A stretch of DNA of 32,000 nucleotides from Planctopirus limnophila DSM 3776 (GTDB taxonomy: Bacteria; Planctomycetota; Planctomycetia; Planctomycetales; Planctomycetaceae): assembly GCF_000092105.1 (NCBI RefSeq), contig NC_014148.1, positions 5,310,001 through 5,342,000 of the forward strand. Direction: 5' to 3'. The translations under genes and the position numbers were made by a program. How positions within the stretch are numbered: the stretch's first letter is position 1; each line of letters starts with the position of its first letter. Shown here piece by piece: positions 1 to 9,232 of this stretch. Below the pieces are notes generated by a model. The model had not been told where the DNA came from, ran no database searches, and saw only the letters and a program-made list of their open reading frames with translations.

Positions 1-37
1 ACGGGAGTTGGAAGTTGGGAGTTGGGAGTTGGGAGTA
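1..37. repeat. Tandem GGGAGTT/GGAAGTT heptamer-like repeat, C-free on + strand from base 3 (C/A-rich, G-free on - strand), truncated by window edge
   Basis: Read directly: gggagttggaagttgggagttgggagttgggagt. It is the reverse complement of the AACTCCCAACTCCC motif at 10924-10940. It lies about 50 nt downstream of the stop of the minus-strand gene 91..648. Confidence 0.8.
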
Positions 38-90
38 CACAGCACGCATGGGATGAGGCGCACTGAAACTTGGAAATCCTTGAATCGGAA

Positions 91-648
91 TTATTCTGAC
101 TTGGTTGGTTCAATGGGAGTGGCAGGGATGGTTGCGGGCTGGGCATCCACTGCATTCGACTTGGTGGCTTGAACTTCGGCTGTGCTGGGTGTTGGGGCTG
201 GTAGTTTGGCAGGGACGGCGACTTTCACATAGCCCGAAATGCCAATGATGATGGCCCCCAGAACGATGCCCACTGTCTGCCAGTAAGCCATGCGCGTGCG
301 TACTTTTTCGGCCAGTCCAGAGCGTCCCACGAGCAGCGACGAGAGGAAGAACAGGCCAAAGGCCAGCAGCATCTTGGTGCCAATCAGGGCATGATAGATC
401 GGCTGTCCTTTATGTTTGGGCATCGCCTGGAAGTAGTTATAAAAACCACTCACCAGGAAGAGCACAATCCCGATGTGTACAAACATCTTCCATCGGGAAA
501 TAATGGCGGATCGTAAGGCGAGATGCTGATCTTCAGGCAGCTTGCTCACCACGGGATAGATCACAAATCGCAAAAAGACACTCCCCCCGATAATCACGAC
601 GGCAGTTCCGATATGTGTCCAGCGGGAGAGGATGTCAACGGCTTCCAT
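91..648 (-). CDS. Integral membrane protein, about 4 predicted TM helices, Pro/Thr/Ala-rich C-terminal tail; function unknown
   Basis: 185-aa ORF with four long hydrophobic segments (GTAVVIIGGSVFLRFVIYPVV, VHIGIVLFLVSGFYNYF, MLLAFGLFFLSSLLV, VGIVLGAIIIGISGYV). No competing ORF is plausible. Confidence 0.7.
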   Translation of the reverse strand: MEAVDILSRWTHIGTAVVIIGGSVFLRFVIYPVVSKLPEDQHLALRSAIISRWKMFVHIGIVLFLVSGFYNYFQAMPKHKGQPIYHALIGTKMLLAFGLFFLSSLLVGRSGLAEKVRTRMAYWQTVGIVLGAIIIGISGYVKVAVPAKLPAPTPSTAEVQATKSNAVDAQPATIPATPIEPTKSE

Positions 649-1029
649 TTACTTAAACCTTATGCAAATAATGTGTTATGGCAGATTAATCAGCGAAGTT
701 CAGTCGGTCGTATGGAGGCTAGGGAAGACCCAGCCTGTGGGATGCTCCGGCTCACATCCTTCGGCGGATGACATGAGACGAATCAGCCACGAGAGCATAA
801 CACGCTTCGGCTTGAACTTCTCAAAAGTCTAGCCACCACAAAGTTTTGCACCACTGAATCCTGTTTTTGCTGGCCTTGTGAGGTTCCCGATCGCTCCAGC
901 GATTGTCTGGCGGGTTGTGTGATCGCCATGGACTGGAGCAGTGATGGGCGGGAACAATCGAGAAACTGGTTACTCTTTCGCGATGTCGTCTGCTAAACTG
1001 GGGGACTTCTCAATACTGGCAGATACCAA

Positions 1030-2694
1030 ATGAAACGTTCTCGACCTCCCCGCCGCACAACATCTCTGGTCACTTCTTCACGAAATCAGGGTTCCAAATC
1101 AGCCCATCCGGATCAACCGGGCGAGGCCTCTGCGGGCGAACGTCTGCAGAAGGTTCTGGCAAGTGCCGGGTATGGATCACGCCGAGCCTGTGAAGAATAC
1201 ATCGAAATGGGCCGCGTGACGATTGATGGTGTGGTGGCGAAGGAATTGGGGGTGCGTGTTGATCTTTCCCGCCAGAAGGTCGCTGTCGATGGCGAAAAGC
1301 TGCGTGTGGAAGAAAAGCGTTACTTTCTCTTTCATAAGCCAGCAGGTGTGCTGTGCACAAATTCTGATCCTGCGGGTCGAACTCGTGTGATCGATTGCTT
1401 CCCGCCGAATGTCGGTCGGCTCTTTACGGTGGGCCGGTTGGACGATGGGACTGAAGGTTTGCTGATCGTGACCAACGATGGCGATCTTGCCGAGAGACTT
1501 ACACATCCCAAGTTTGGTATTCCGCGGATTTATCGTGCTGTCGTGGCGGGTAATCCTTCGACGGAGGCAATCAATCAGCTTCTTGAAGGGCTGTACTTCG
1601 CGGAAGGCCGCTTCCGCATGTCGAGCGTTAATCGAGTGAAGTCGCAGGGGTCTGCGACTGTGCTCGAAATTACCATGCGGGAAGGACAGAACCGGGAAAT
1701 CCGCCGGTTGCTGGCTCGCGTGGGGCATAAAGTGATGAAGCTCAAGCGGACTCATTTTGGCCCGATCAAACTGGGTGATCTCGAACGCGGAGCTCATCGC
1801 AAACTCTCGGAAGAAGAACTCAGCAAACTGCAGGATGTTATCACGGGCAAGTGGAAGGAACCGGCTCCCCGCAAGCCGCAGCGTACCCGCGATGCTGGTA
1901 AAGCGACTTCAGCGGGAGGGGTAACCAGAGCCTCGTCGTCTCGTGCAGGAAGTGCAGGTGCCACGCCTCGCGCCAGGCTGGAGCGCACGGCATTACCAGC
2001 GACGGGACTGGAACCACTGACCATTCCGGGCTCGAAACTCAAACGCCTGGGAAGCTCAAAAGCGTTGAAATCACAGGTATTGAACTCACCTGAGGCTAAC
2101 CCCAAGCGTCGCGAAGATTCCCGCTCGTCCGGTGGATCTCGTTCTTCAGAAGGATCACCAGCGCGTCGTACCGGGAAAGGCTCAATGGCTCCGGAAGCTC
2201 GGCAGAAGCCCGCCTCGCGCACTTCGGGAGGCTTTTCCAAGGGCCGTCCGGGCAGCAGGACGACGGATCGCAATCTGGCCCTTAACGACAATCCGCCAGT
2301 GATGGACGATGGCAGCACGCGATTGAAGCGGCGTGTGCTGGATGGTGAAGGTTCGGTGATTTCGAGCAAAAAGCTCAGAGGGGCAGCACCGCGCCTGAAC
2401 TTCCCGCAGAATGTACGGGGCAACGACGCTGCCGATGGAGACGAAGCTCTCAATTCACCACCACTGAGCCTGCTGAAGAGTGGCCGACGAGTCCCGCGGA
2501 CGAAGGATCACGTCATCGCACATCGATCGGCCAATAAAGAGACCGCTGCTGAAGCGACTCCCGAAAAAGTTGTTCGCAAGAAGACCTCTGCCAAGTTTCC
2601 AGGATCTCGAAAAGCGACAACGGCGGGGCGCTCATCAACCAGCGCTCGAAACAAGAAGTCGTCGAGTTCATCGAGTCGCAAGCGGAGTGATTAG
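1030..2694 (+). CDS. rluB: RluB/RsuA-family 23S/16S rRNA pseudouridine synthase (S4 domain plus catalytic domain) with about 280-aa Ser/Arg/Lys/Gly/Pro-rich C-terminal extension
   Basis: S4-like RLQKVLASAGYGSRRACEEYIEMGRVTIDG, then HKPAGVLCT and the catalytic GRLD motif (FTVGRLDDGTEGLLIVTNDGDL) and REGQNREIRR. The ATG start is at 1030. Confidence 0.9.
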   Translation: MKRSRPPRRTTSLVTSSRNQGSKSAHPDQPGEASAGERLQKVLASAGYGSRRACEEYIEMGRVTIDGVVAKELGVRVDLSRQKVAVDGEKLRVEEKRYFLFHKPAGVLCTNSDPAGRTRVIDCFPPNVGRLFTVGRLDDGTEGLLIVTNDGDLAERLTHPKFGIPRIYRAVVAGNPSTEAINQLLEGLYFAEGRFRMSSVNRVKSQGSATVLEITMREGQNREIRRLLARVGHKVMKLKRTHFGPIKLGDLERGAHRKLSEEELSKLQDVITGKWKEPAPRKPQRTRDAGKATSAGGVTRASSSRAGSAGATPRARLERTALPATGLEPLTIPGSKLKRLGSSKALKSQVLNSPEANPKRREDSRSSGGSRSSEGSPARRTGKGSMAPEARQKPASRTSGGFSKGRPGSRTTDRNLALNDNPPVMDDGSTRLKRRVLDGEGSVISSKKLRGAAPRLNFPQNVRGNDAADGDEALNSPPLSLLKSGRRVPRTKDHVIAHRSANKETAAEATPEKVVRKKTSAKFPGSRKATTAGRSSTSARNKKSSSSSSRKRSD

Positions 2695-2870
2695 GCGGGG
2701 AGCGTGCGTGGAGCAAACGCGAGCCGTGGCCAATACTCACCCGCAGCATCTTGAGTTTTTCAATCATTCAGAAGCCCTAGAAATCAGACGTCCCGAGCAT
2801 GCCCTCCAGCCCTACTGAAACCTCTGCTTCGGCTTGTCACATCCCTTCCCTTGGGCTGCCTGGACAGGTG

Positions 2871-3740
2871 ATGTCTGCCGTCCAGCAGAAGGCACGCGTG
2901 CTGCTGCACGAGGCCATGGCGAAAAATACATTTCGCCTGCGGCTCGATTGTGTTGAGCTGGCGACCAAGATCACTCCGGGGCAGTTCTTCATGGTGAAAA
3001 TCCCGGGAGAGAACGATCCGCTTCTGGGCCGACCGTTTGCGCTGTTTGATATCTGCAGGGATGAAGAAGGACGTGTTGCCGGGCTGGAGTTCGGCTACGT
3101 TGTCGTGGGTAAAATGACCGGTCGCCTGGCTCAGCTTCAGGCGGGAGATGAAGTGGAAATCTGGGGGCCACTTGGCAACGGCTTTCCGGCATCACCGGGC
3201 GGGCGGCTGGTTTTCGTCGCTGGTGGGATTGGGCAAACGCCCTTTCTGGCACTCGCCCGCGAAGCTCTTGGAGTACAGAGTTATCCCCAGCAGAATCCGC
3301 GAAAAGTGGTTACGCCCAGTTCCGTCACACTTTGTTACGGAGCGAGGAATGCTGAGTTTCTGGCGGGTGTCGAAGACTTCCAAAGTGTTCCCGGCCTGAA
3401 GGTTGAACTGGCCACCGATGATGGTTCACTGGGGCACCATAGCTATGTCACTCAATTACTGGAAGAACATCTCAAGGCTCCCGGTGAGCCCGTGACCATC
3501 TATGCCTGCGGGCCAGAACCGATGCTCAAAGCTGTGCAGAAACTGGCACTGTCGTACAACGTCACCTGCTGGTTATCGTTAGAAACCCCAATGGCGTGCG
3601 GCTTTGGAGCCTGCTTCAGTTGTGTCGCCAAAATCCGGGAAACGACTCCTTCGGGTGAGGAAAGCTGGGATTACCGACGCACTTGTGTCGAAGGGCCCGT
3701 CTTCGAAGCTCGCGAACTGATCTTTGAAAATCATCCTTAA
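2871..3740 (+). CDS. pyrK: Dihydroorotate dehydrogenase electron-transfer subunit (PyrK-like FAD/NAD-binding, 2Fe-2S)
   Basis: Ferredoxin-reductase-like RPFALFD, GPLGNGF and VFVAGGIGQTPF motifs, plus the C-terminal cluster motif MACGFGACFSCV...C. The ORF opens at 2799 but the ATG at 2871 (MSAVQQK) gives the typical length. The start is uncertain. Confidence 0.85.
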   Translation: MSAVQQKARVLLHEAMAKNTFRLRLDCVELATKITPGQFFMVKIPGENDPLLGRPFALFDICRDEEGRVAGLEFGYVVVGKMTGRLAQLQAGDEVEIWGPLGNGFPASPGGRLVFVAGGIGQTPFLALAREALGVQSYPQQNPRKVVTPSSVTLCYGARNAEFLAGVEDFQSVPGLKVELATDDGSLGHHSYVTQLLEEHLKAPGEPVTIYACGPEPMLKAVQKLALSYNVTCWLSLETPMACGFGACFSCVAKIRETTPSGEESWDYRRTCVEGPVFEARELIFENHP

Positions 3741-3819
3741 ATTTCAACTCGTTACCCAATATCCCGCTGGTGACCTCTAATCGAATTCGCTTCCGCGTCC
3801 AGAATGGCAGTTTTCTCTC

Positions 3820-4926
3820 ATGTTTGTCGATCAAATTGAAATTACCTGCAAAGGGGGCGATGGTGGCCCCGGATGTTCCAGCTTCCGGCGGGAAGCGCAC
3901 GTCCCTCGAGGCGGCCCCGATGGTGGTGATGGTGGTCGCGGCGGGCACGTCGTCATTATCGCTGATGAAAATGTTGACAGCCTCGTGCACCTGGTCGGGA
4001 TTCGTCATTGGTTTGCCAGCAATGGGAATCCCGGGACCAGTTCGCTCAAGACGGGTAAAGATGGCGAAGATCTCGTCATTCGTGTGCCGATGGGAACCAT
4101 TCTGCGTGATTCTCAGCGTGGCTTCGTCCTGCGTGATCTGACAGATCATGGCGATACGGTGATCGTCGCCAAAGGGGGCGAAGGGGGCTATGGCAACACG
4201 CGTTTCATGTCATCGACGAACCGCGCCCCGCGCGAATTCGGGCCGGGTGAACCTGGTGAAAAACGTGAGCTGCTGCTGGAGTTGAAAGTCGTCGCCGATG
4301 TGGGACTGATTGGAAAACCCAATGCCGGTAAATCGACGCTTCTTTCGCGGATGACACGGGCGACTCCGGAAATTGCCAACTACCCGTTCACGACGAAACA
4401 CCCGAATCTCGGGATTGTCCGCGTCGGTTACGAGCGGCAATTCGTGATGGCTGATATTCCCGGGCTGATTGAAGGAGCCCATGCGGGAGTGGGGCTAGGT
4501 CATGAATTTTTAAGGCACGTCGAGCGGACTCGCGTGCTCGTACATCTCGTTGAACCCAATCCGGATGACCAGACGGACCCGATCGAGAACTATCTGCAGA
4601 TCCGCGAAGAGTTGCGGCTTTACGATGACGATCTGGCCCAAAGACCTGAAATTGTCGTCATCAGCAAGTCGGAACTGCTGGATGCCGATGCTGCTAAAGA
4701 GCTGCTTGAAGAGCGGATTGGCAAACCCGTCCTGCAGATTTCAGCGATGACAGGTAAAGGACTTCCCGTACTGACCAAACAGATCATCGAGATTCTTGAT
4801 CGTCTGAAACAGGCTGAGGAAGACGCAGAGGCGGAAGCGGCTTACCTTGCCAGGAAAACATCGTCTGAAGCAGAGGCTCCCATCGCGCCGGCTCCTGTCG
4901 ATTCATCTGCAGAAAATGCTGAGTAA
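3820..4926 (+). CDS. obg: GTPase Obg/CgtA
   Basis: Canonical N-terminus MFVDQIEI..GGDGGPGCSSFRRE..PRGGPDGGDGGRGG. G-domain motifs GKPNAGKST, DIPGLIEGA and ISKSEL are present. Confidence 0.97.
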   Translation: MFVDQIEITCKGGDGGPGCSSFRREAHVPRGGPDGGDGGRGGHVVIIADENVDSLVHLVGIRHWFASNGNPGTSSLKTGKDGEDLVIRVPMGTILRDSQRGFVLRDLTDHGDTVIVAKGGEGGYGNTRFMSSTNRAPREFGPGEPGEKRELLLELKVVADVGLIGKPNAGKSTLLSRMTRATPEIANYPFTTKHPNLGIVRVGYERQFVMADIPGLIEGAHAGVGLGHEFLRHVERTRVLVHLVEPNPDDQTDPIENYLQIREELRLYDDDLAQRPEIVVISKSELLDADAAKELLEERIGKPVLQISAMTGKGLPVLTKQIIEILDRLKQAEEDAEAEAAYLARKTSSEAEAPIAPAPVDSSAENAE

Positions 4927-5061
4927 GGTGTCTCGAAAAGAGACGAGGCAAATTTTGAAGTCTCTTAGGCGGGCAGGCTGGTGGTCGTCCACTTGCAACC
5001 AGTGCTGACGAACGTTGAAATCTGAGTTGTTCCATCCCGAGGCTTCACCGAGGACTGATCT

Positions 5062-6015
5062 GTGGCGATGTACGACCAACTCTGCCTGCTCAGTGGCAGA
5101 GCTCACCCGAAACTCGGCCACGAAATCGCCAGCTATCTGGGAATCAACCTGGGGGCTGTCGAGCTCAGTAACTTTCCGGATGGTGAAATCTCTTGCCGGC
5201 TGTACCAGAACGTCCGCGGGGCGGATGTCTTTCTCGTCCAGCCCACGGGGCCCGCAGTCAATGACAATCTCATGGAACTGCTCGTTCTGATTGACACCTG
5301 CAAACGGGCGAGTGCTGCCCGTGTGACGGCTGTGATCCCTTATTTTGGCTATGCCCGGCAAGACCGCAAAGATATGGGGCGTGTTCCCATTACGGCAAAA
5401 CTGGTCGCCAATCTCATTACGAAAGCCGGGGCTGATCGTGTTCTGACCATGGATCTCCATGCGGCTCAGATTCAGGGATTCTTCGACTGCCCCGTCGATC
5501 ACCTTTACGCAGCACCGATTCTTGATGAATACTTTCGTTCACTGAATTTACCGAAGTCGAATCTGGTGATCGTGAGCCCGGACGAGGGGAGCATTAAGCG
5601 GTCTTTGCAGCATGTCGAGCACCTGGGTGGCTCGTTTGCGATTGTGGATAAGCGTCGCTCGAACGCCTTTGAAACTCGTCAGGAGAACCTGATTGGTGGC
5701 CCGATTGCCGGGAAAACCTGCATTATTTTCGACGATATGATTACCACGGCTGGCTCGATGGTGGGCGCCGTGAAGGTTGTGGCCCAGCATGAGGCCGCCG
5801 AGATCTATGTGGGAGCGACACATGCGATTATGTGCGGTCAGGCCGCTCAGAGGCTGGTCGAAGCACCGATCAAAGAAATTGTCGTTACGAACAGCCTGCC
5901 GCTGACCCCTGAGCAGAAGCTCCCGAATCTCAGGCAGGTTTCTGTGGCACCACTGCTGGGTGAAGCCATTCGCCGAATTCATAGAAATGAATCTGTCAGT
6001 TATCTTTTTGACTGA
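5062..6015 (+). CDS. prs: Ribose-phosphate pyrophosphokinase (PRPP synthetase)
   Basis: FPDGEISCRL, PYFGYARQDRK, LTMDLHAAQIQGFF and IFDDMITTAGS motifs. The GTG at 5062 has GAGGA 7 nt upstream. An alternative ATG lies at 5068. Confidence 0.95.
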   Translation: MAMYDQLCLLSGRAHPKLGHEIASYLGINLGAVELSNFPDGEISCRLYQNVRGADVFLVQPTGPAVNDNLMELLVLIDTCKRASAARVTAVIPYFGYARQDRKDMGRVPITAKLVANLITKAGADRVLTMDLHAAQIQGFFDCPVDHLYAAPILDEYFRSLNLPKSNLVIVSPDEGSIKRSLQHVEHLGGSFAIVDKRRSNAFETRQENLIGGPIAGKTCIIFDDMITTAGSMVGAVKVVAQHEAAEIYVGATHAIMCGQAAQRLVEAPIKEIVVTNSLPLTPEQKLPNLRQVSVAPLLGEAIRRIHRNESVSYLFD

Positions 6016-6308
6016 AGGGCGTGCTGCCAGATTCTTTCTGCCATCAATCTCAATTTCGTGGCGAGAACGACATTTTCGGTAAATGCGAATCCATTTCGTC
6101 ATCTCCGGAATGGACTGCTTAACCTGCCTGAAAAACCCGAAAAAGCCGCTGCACTCGATAATCTGGAGTGGGAAGCGAAGCACATTGCGGGTATTTTGGG
6201 GATTTGTGCATCGCTTATTGTACGCATATTGATGTGTTCACCTTTCAGTTCCCTCTCTGGGTCGATTGCCTGTCAATCTACTTGGCACGCAAGATCTGCG
6301 AGTCGCTT

Positions 6309-8123
6309 ATGTCGATTGGAATTTCTCCCTGTCCCGGCTGTGGCACATTGCTGCTCGATGACACCGTTGAGTGCCATCGCTGCCATCATGTGTTTGATCG
6401 AGAGCGGGCTGAAGAGCTGGCGATTCAGCCTTTGCCGACCGACGAGGCTGTGATTGAAGATCTGGGGAGTTGCCACAATTGCGGTGAAGCGGTTCGTAGT
6501 GGCCTGGTGCGGTGCTGGAATTGTGGAGTCTTCCTGCGAGCGGATATTCAAGCCGCCTTTGATGAACGACAGAGCGATCAACGCTCGCCGGCAACGCCAA
6601 CGGATCGTAATCCGCAGTCACGCTCCATGCTGAAGGCCGAACCTCACACGCCGGCTTCGCTTTCCGAGATCGATAAAAACGCTCAGTTAGCAGCTTACTA
6701 CGCTCAAAGGAATGGGCATGGCTTAGAGCCCGGAGCCAGTCCACTCATTTCGGATCAACCCCTCGTAGAAGCCAGCGGGGTGGATCAGAGTGCCGAGGAT
6801 GAAGAGGACGATTTCGAACTTTCTGGGGATATTTTCCTCACTGAAGCCACGATGGCCATTGAGCCGCCACCAATGGCTTTCCCCCAGGTGAATGAGACCT
6901 CAGGGGATACTTTTGCACTGAGCGAAATTCCGCGCCTGGAGCCGGAATCGGTCGATGGATCGACGATGGAAGAGTCGATCGAAACGATTCCCATGATGTC
7001 ACTCGATGGGAGTGGGGCTGAAACTTCTCCACAGGAAGAACTGATTGGAACGCCCGAAGTGAGCGATGCCAGTCATCCCGCTGAAGAGATGTCCGAAGAT
7101 GATCTCCTCCTGCACATTGCTCTTTCTGAAGAGAAGGAAGAGCAGGAACTGGCACTCAAACCGCGCAAGAAAGGTTTCCTGACCACTTGTGAGGCTGGCT
7201 GTAAAGTCCGTGTGATGGATCATCATCGCGGCAAAGTTGGCAAGTGCCCCAAATGCGGTGCGAAGCTGGTTGTTCCCTTACGCAAAACGACGAATGCCGG
7301 TGCTGAAGAAGAAATTCCGCTTGATCCGCCCATCAATCTGGAAGCAGTGGGCAAGTTCGTCCACATCATTCAGGATGTGGCACTGCACACGATTGCCAAG
7401 GGGAAACTGAAGCTCAAAGCAGCCGCACATGCCAAAGACTTTTCGCTGATTGATCTGGCGATTGATCCACAGGCACTGGTGCTCCTGGAATGGCCCAAGG
7501 GGACTTTGCTCAAGCCAACAGCGAAGAAGATCCCCGAGTTTCGAGCAGCTCTCAAATCTCGACTGATGGCCAAAAAAGACGAGACCGATCTCAGCCCTGC
7601 CACGATCACCATCGTGCCCGTTGCTGCTGAGTCGATGGCGATTGTCCAACCCACGATTGCCGGAGGAAATGAATCGCTCCAGAGTTTGGCTGTCTTTGGT
7701 GAAGGACGCATTGCCCTCGAACTGATCTCGGGTGAAGAAGGTACGCCGCAAAAGTTTCTCTCGTTTTCATTAAGTCAGTTTCGCACTCTGGCTAAGGCGA
7801 TAAGGGAAGGGACTAGTTGGACGAACTTTGCCGAAGGATCTGGCATTCCTCTCCAGAGTGAACAGTCCACTTTGGCGTGCCATTATCTCGAGACGCCGGT
7901 CTTTGAACTTCAGCACCTGGCGTATTATCAGACCGACAAAAACTTCACTCTCGAACTCTCGGGCTACCGCTGCCAGAGTTGTGGTCTGGTCGTCTCGGAG
8001 AATGGTCGCAAAAAAGAGAAAATTGGCGACAAAACGCCGGCGTCGATCAAATCCGCCAAGTGCCCCAAGTGTCAGAAACCTTTTGGCTATGGCCCGCTCT
8101 ACACCCTCAAGCGTGGTCGTTAG
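6309..8123 (+). CDS. Hypothetical protein with four CxxC...CxxC zinc-ribbon motifs and an acidic low-complexity central region
   Basis: CPGCG..CHRCH, CHNCG..CWNCG, C(x3)C..CPKCG and CQSCG..CPKCQ were read in the translation. The first in-frame ATG is at 6309 (MSIGISPCPGCG); the ORF opens at a GTG at 6168. Confidence 0.75.
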   Translation: MSIGISPCPGCGTLLLDDTVECHRCHHVFDRERAEELAIQPLPTDEAVIEDLGSCHNCGEAVRSGLVRCWNCGVFLRADIQAAFDERQSDQRSPATPTDRNPQSRSMLKAEPHTPASLSEIDKNAQLAAYYAQRNGHGLEPGASPLISDQPLVEASGVDQSAEDEEDDFELSGDIFLTEATMAIEPPPMAFPQVNETSGDTFALSEIPRLEPESVDGSTMEESIETIPMMSLDGSGAETSPQEELIGTPEVSDASHPAEEMSEDDLLLHIALSEEKEEQELALKPRKKGFLTTCEAGCKVRVMDHHRGKVGKCPKCGAKLVVPLRKTTNAGAEEEIPLDPPINLEAVGKFVHIIQDVALHTIAKGKLKLKAAAHAKDFSLIDLAIDPQALVLLEWPKGTLLKPTAKKIPEFRAALKSRLMAKKDETDLSPATITIVPVAAESMAIVQPTIAGGNESLQSLAVFGEGRIALELISGEEGTPQKFLSFSLSQFRTLAKAIREGTSWTNFAEGSGIPLQSEQSTLACHYLETPVFELQHLAYYQTDKNFTLELSGYRCQSCGLVVSENGRKKEKIGDKTPASIKSAKCPKCQKPFGYGPLYTLKRGR

Positions 8124-8310
8124 CAGGCCTCGAACATGGACGGTTTGAACGATACAATCTGAATCGAGTGAGCTCGTTTCATACGTTGCTCCAATGAGCA
8201 CCAGATCACAGATTCTGGTCTGTGGTGAACTTCCTCTGGTATTTGTCCTGTAATTTCGGTCGAATTCATTGGTCTCTCACGTGGGATGTGCCTGCAGAAA
8301 GTGACTACCT

Positions 8311-8775
8311 ATGAAACCGATCCAGCGTGATTCGTCGGCGGCACGAAGTGCGGTCTCTTTGCTGGCCGTCACTTTTGTCATCATCTGTGGATTGGTCGCC
8401 TGTTCGACCATTGTGCTCACCTCTTCCGATCAAGTACTGATTCCGCTGGGGATCTGTTTGTTTGTCTTTTCGCTGATCGGCTGGATGTGTTATCGGTTTG
8501 TGGTGGCGACGGATCGTCCGGTGAGTGAGCGGATGTTGTCATCGTTGTGGATTTATCGTTCGCAAAAAGCCAAAGTCACTTACGAGTTGAAAAAGATGCA
8601 TCGCATCACTCCGGAATCCACCGGGCCGAGGCAGCCTCCCACTGCCGAAGCTTTACGGGAAGCGAAAGAAACGTTTGCCCGCTGGGTGCCGGCAAGTCAT
8701 GGTCGCAATGCCAGTCAGGAAACTTCGCCAGGGGCTCCACAACTTCCCAAACGAAGAAAGTACGGGCATGACTGA
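8311..8775 (+). CDS. Small membrane protein (2 TM helices), function unknown; first gene of an overlap-coupled trio
   Basis: Hydrophobic segments AVSLLAVTFVIICGLVACSTIVL and LIPLGICLFVFSLIGWMCYRFVV. Its stop overlaps the next gene's start (ATGACTGA). Confidence 0.6.
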   Translation: MKPIQRDSSAARSAVSLLAVTFVIICGLVACSTIVLTSSDQVLIPLGICLFVFSLIGWMCYRFVVATDRPVSERMLSSLWIYRSQKAKVTYELKKMHRITPESTGPRQPPTAEALREAKETFARWVPASHGRNASQETSPGAPQLPKRRKYGHD

Positions 8776-9232
8776 ATCAACAAAGGATTCACCATCAGCC
8801 GCCATGCCTCAGATGATTTCGCTGAGTGAAATCGAAGCTGTCGCCTGTCCGTGCGGCTGGGCCCAAAGGGCCTTTGGCCATGATGCAGGAACCAGCGTCA
8901 GTGTGCATTACACACAAATCACCAAAGCTGCCCGTACGCATTACCATCGAGAACACCAGGAGATTTATGTTGTCCTCGACCATGCGGCTCACGCCACGAT
9001 TGAACTGAATGGCCAGAGCTATCCTTTGACGAAACTGCTGGCGATTTCCATTCCGCCCCTGGTGAGGCATCGAATTGTGGGTGAGGCCACGATCATCAAT
9101 ATCGTTTCACCCCCTTTTGACCCAGCCGACGAATGGTTCGACTCAAGTGACATGAATTGTGACGAGATGAACGCCGACATGAACACTGCTGATACATCCA
9201 GCGCGCTGCCGATGGAAATCCACCATGTCTAG
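8768..9232 (+). CDS. Cupin-fold protein
   Basis: THYHREHQEIYVVL followed by ELNGQ...ISIPPLVRHRI resembles the two cupin motifs. The ATG at 8768 overlaps the upstream stop by 8 nt. Confidence 0.65.
   Translation: MTESTKDSPSAAMPQMISLSEIEAVACPCGWAQRAFGHDAGTSVSVHYTQITKAARTHYHREHQEIYVVLDHAAHATIELNGQSYPLTKLLAISIPPLVRHRIVGEATIINIVSPPFDPADEWFDSSDMNCDEMNADMNTADTSSALPMEIHHV

Noticed and set aside
1070-2453. Three minus-strand ORFs (96, 206 and 219 aa) inside the rluB-like gene
   Set aside because: They are antisense shadow ORFs with Arg/Ser/Pro-rich nonsense composition. The plus-strand gene carries clear S4 and GRLD motifs.
2871-3740. pyrK without an adjacent pyrD; likewise argG without argH
   Set aside because: Housekeeping operons appear dispersed throughout this window, so the missing partner is probably a lineage trait and not a local anomaly.
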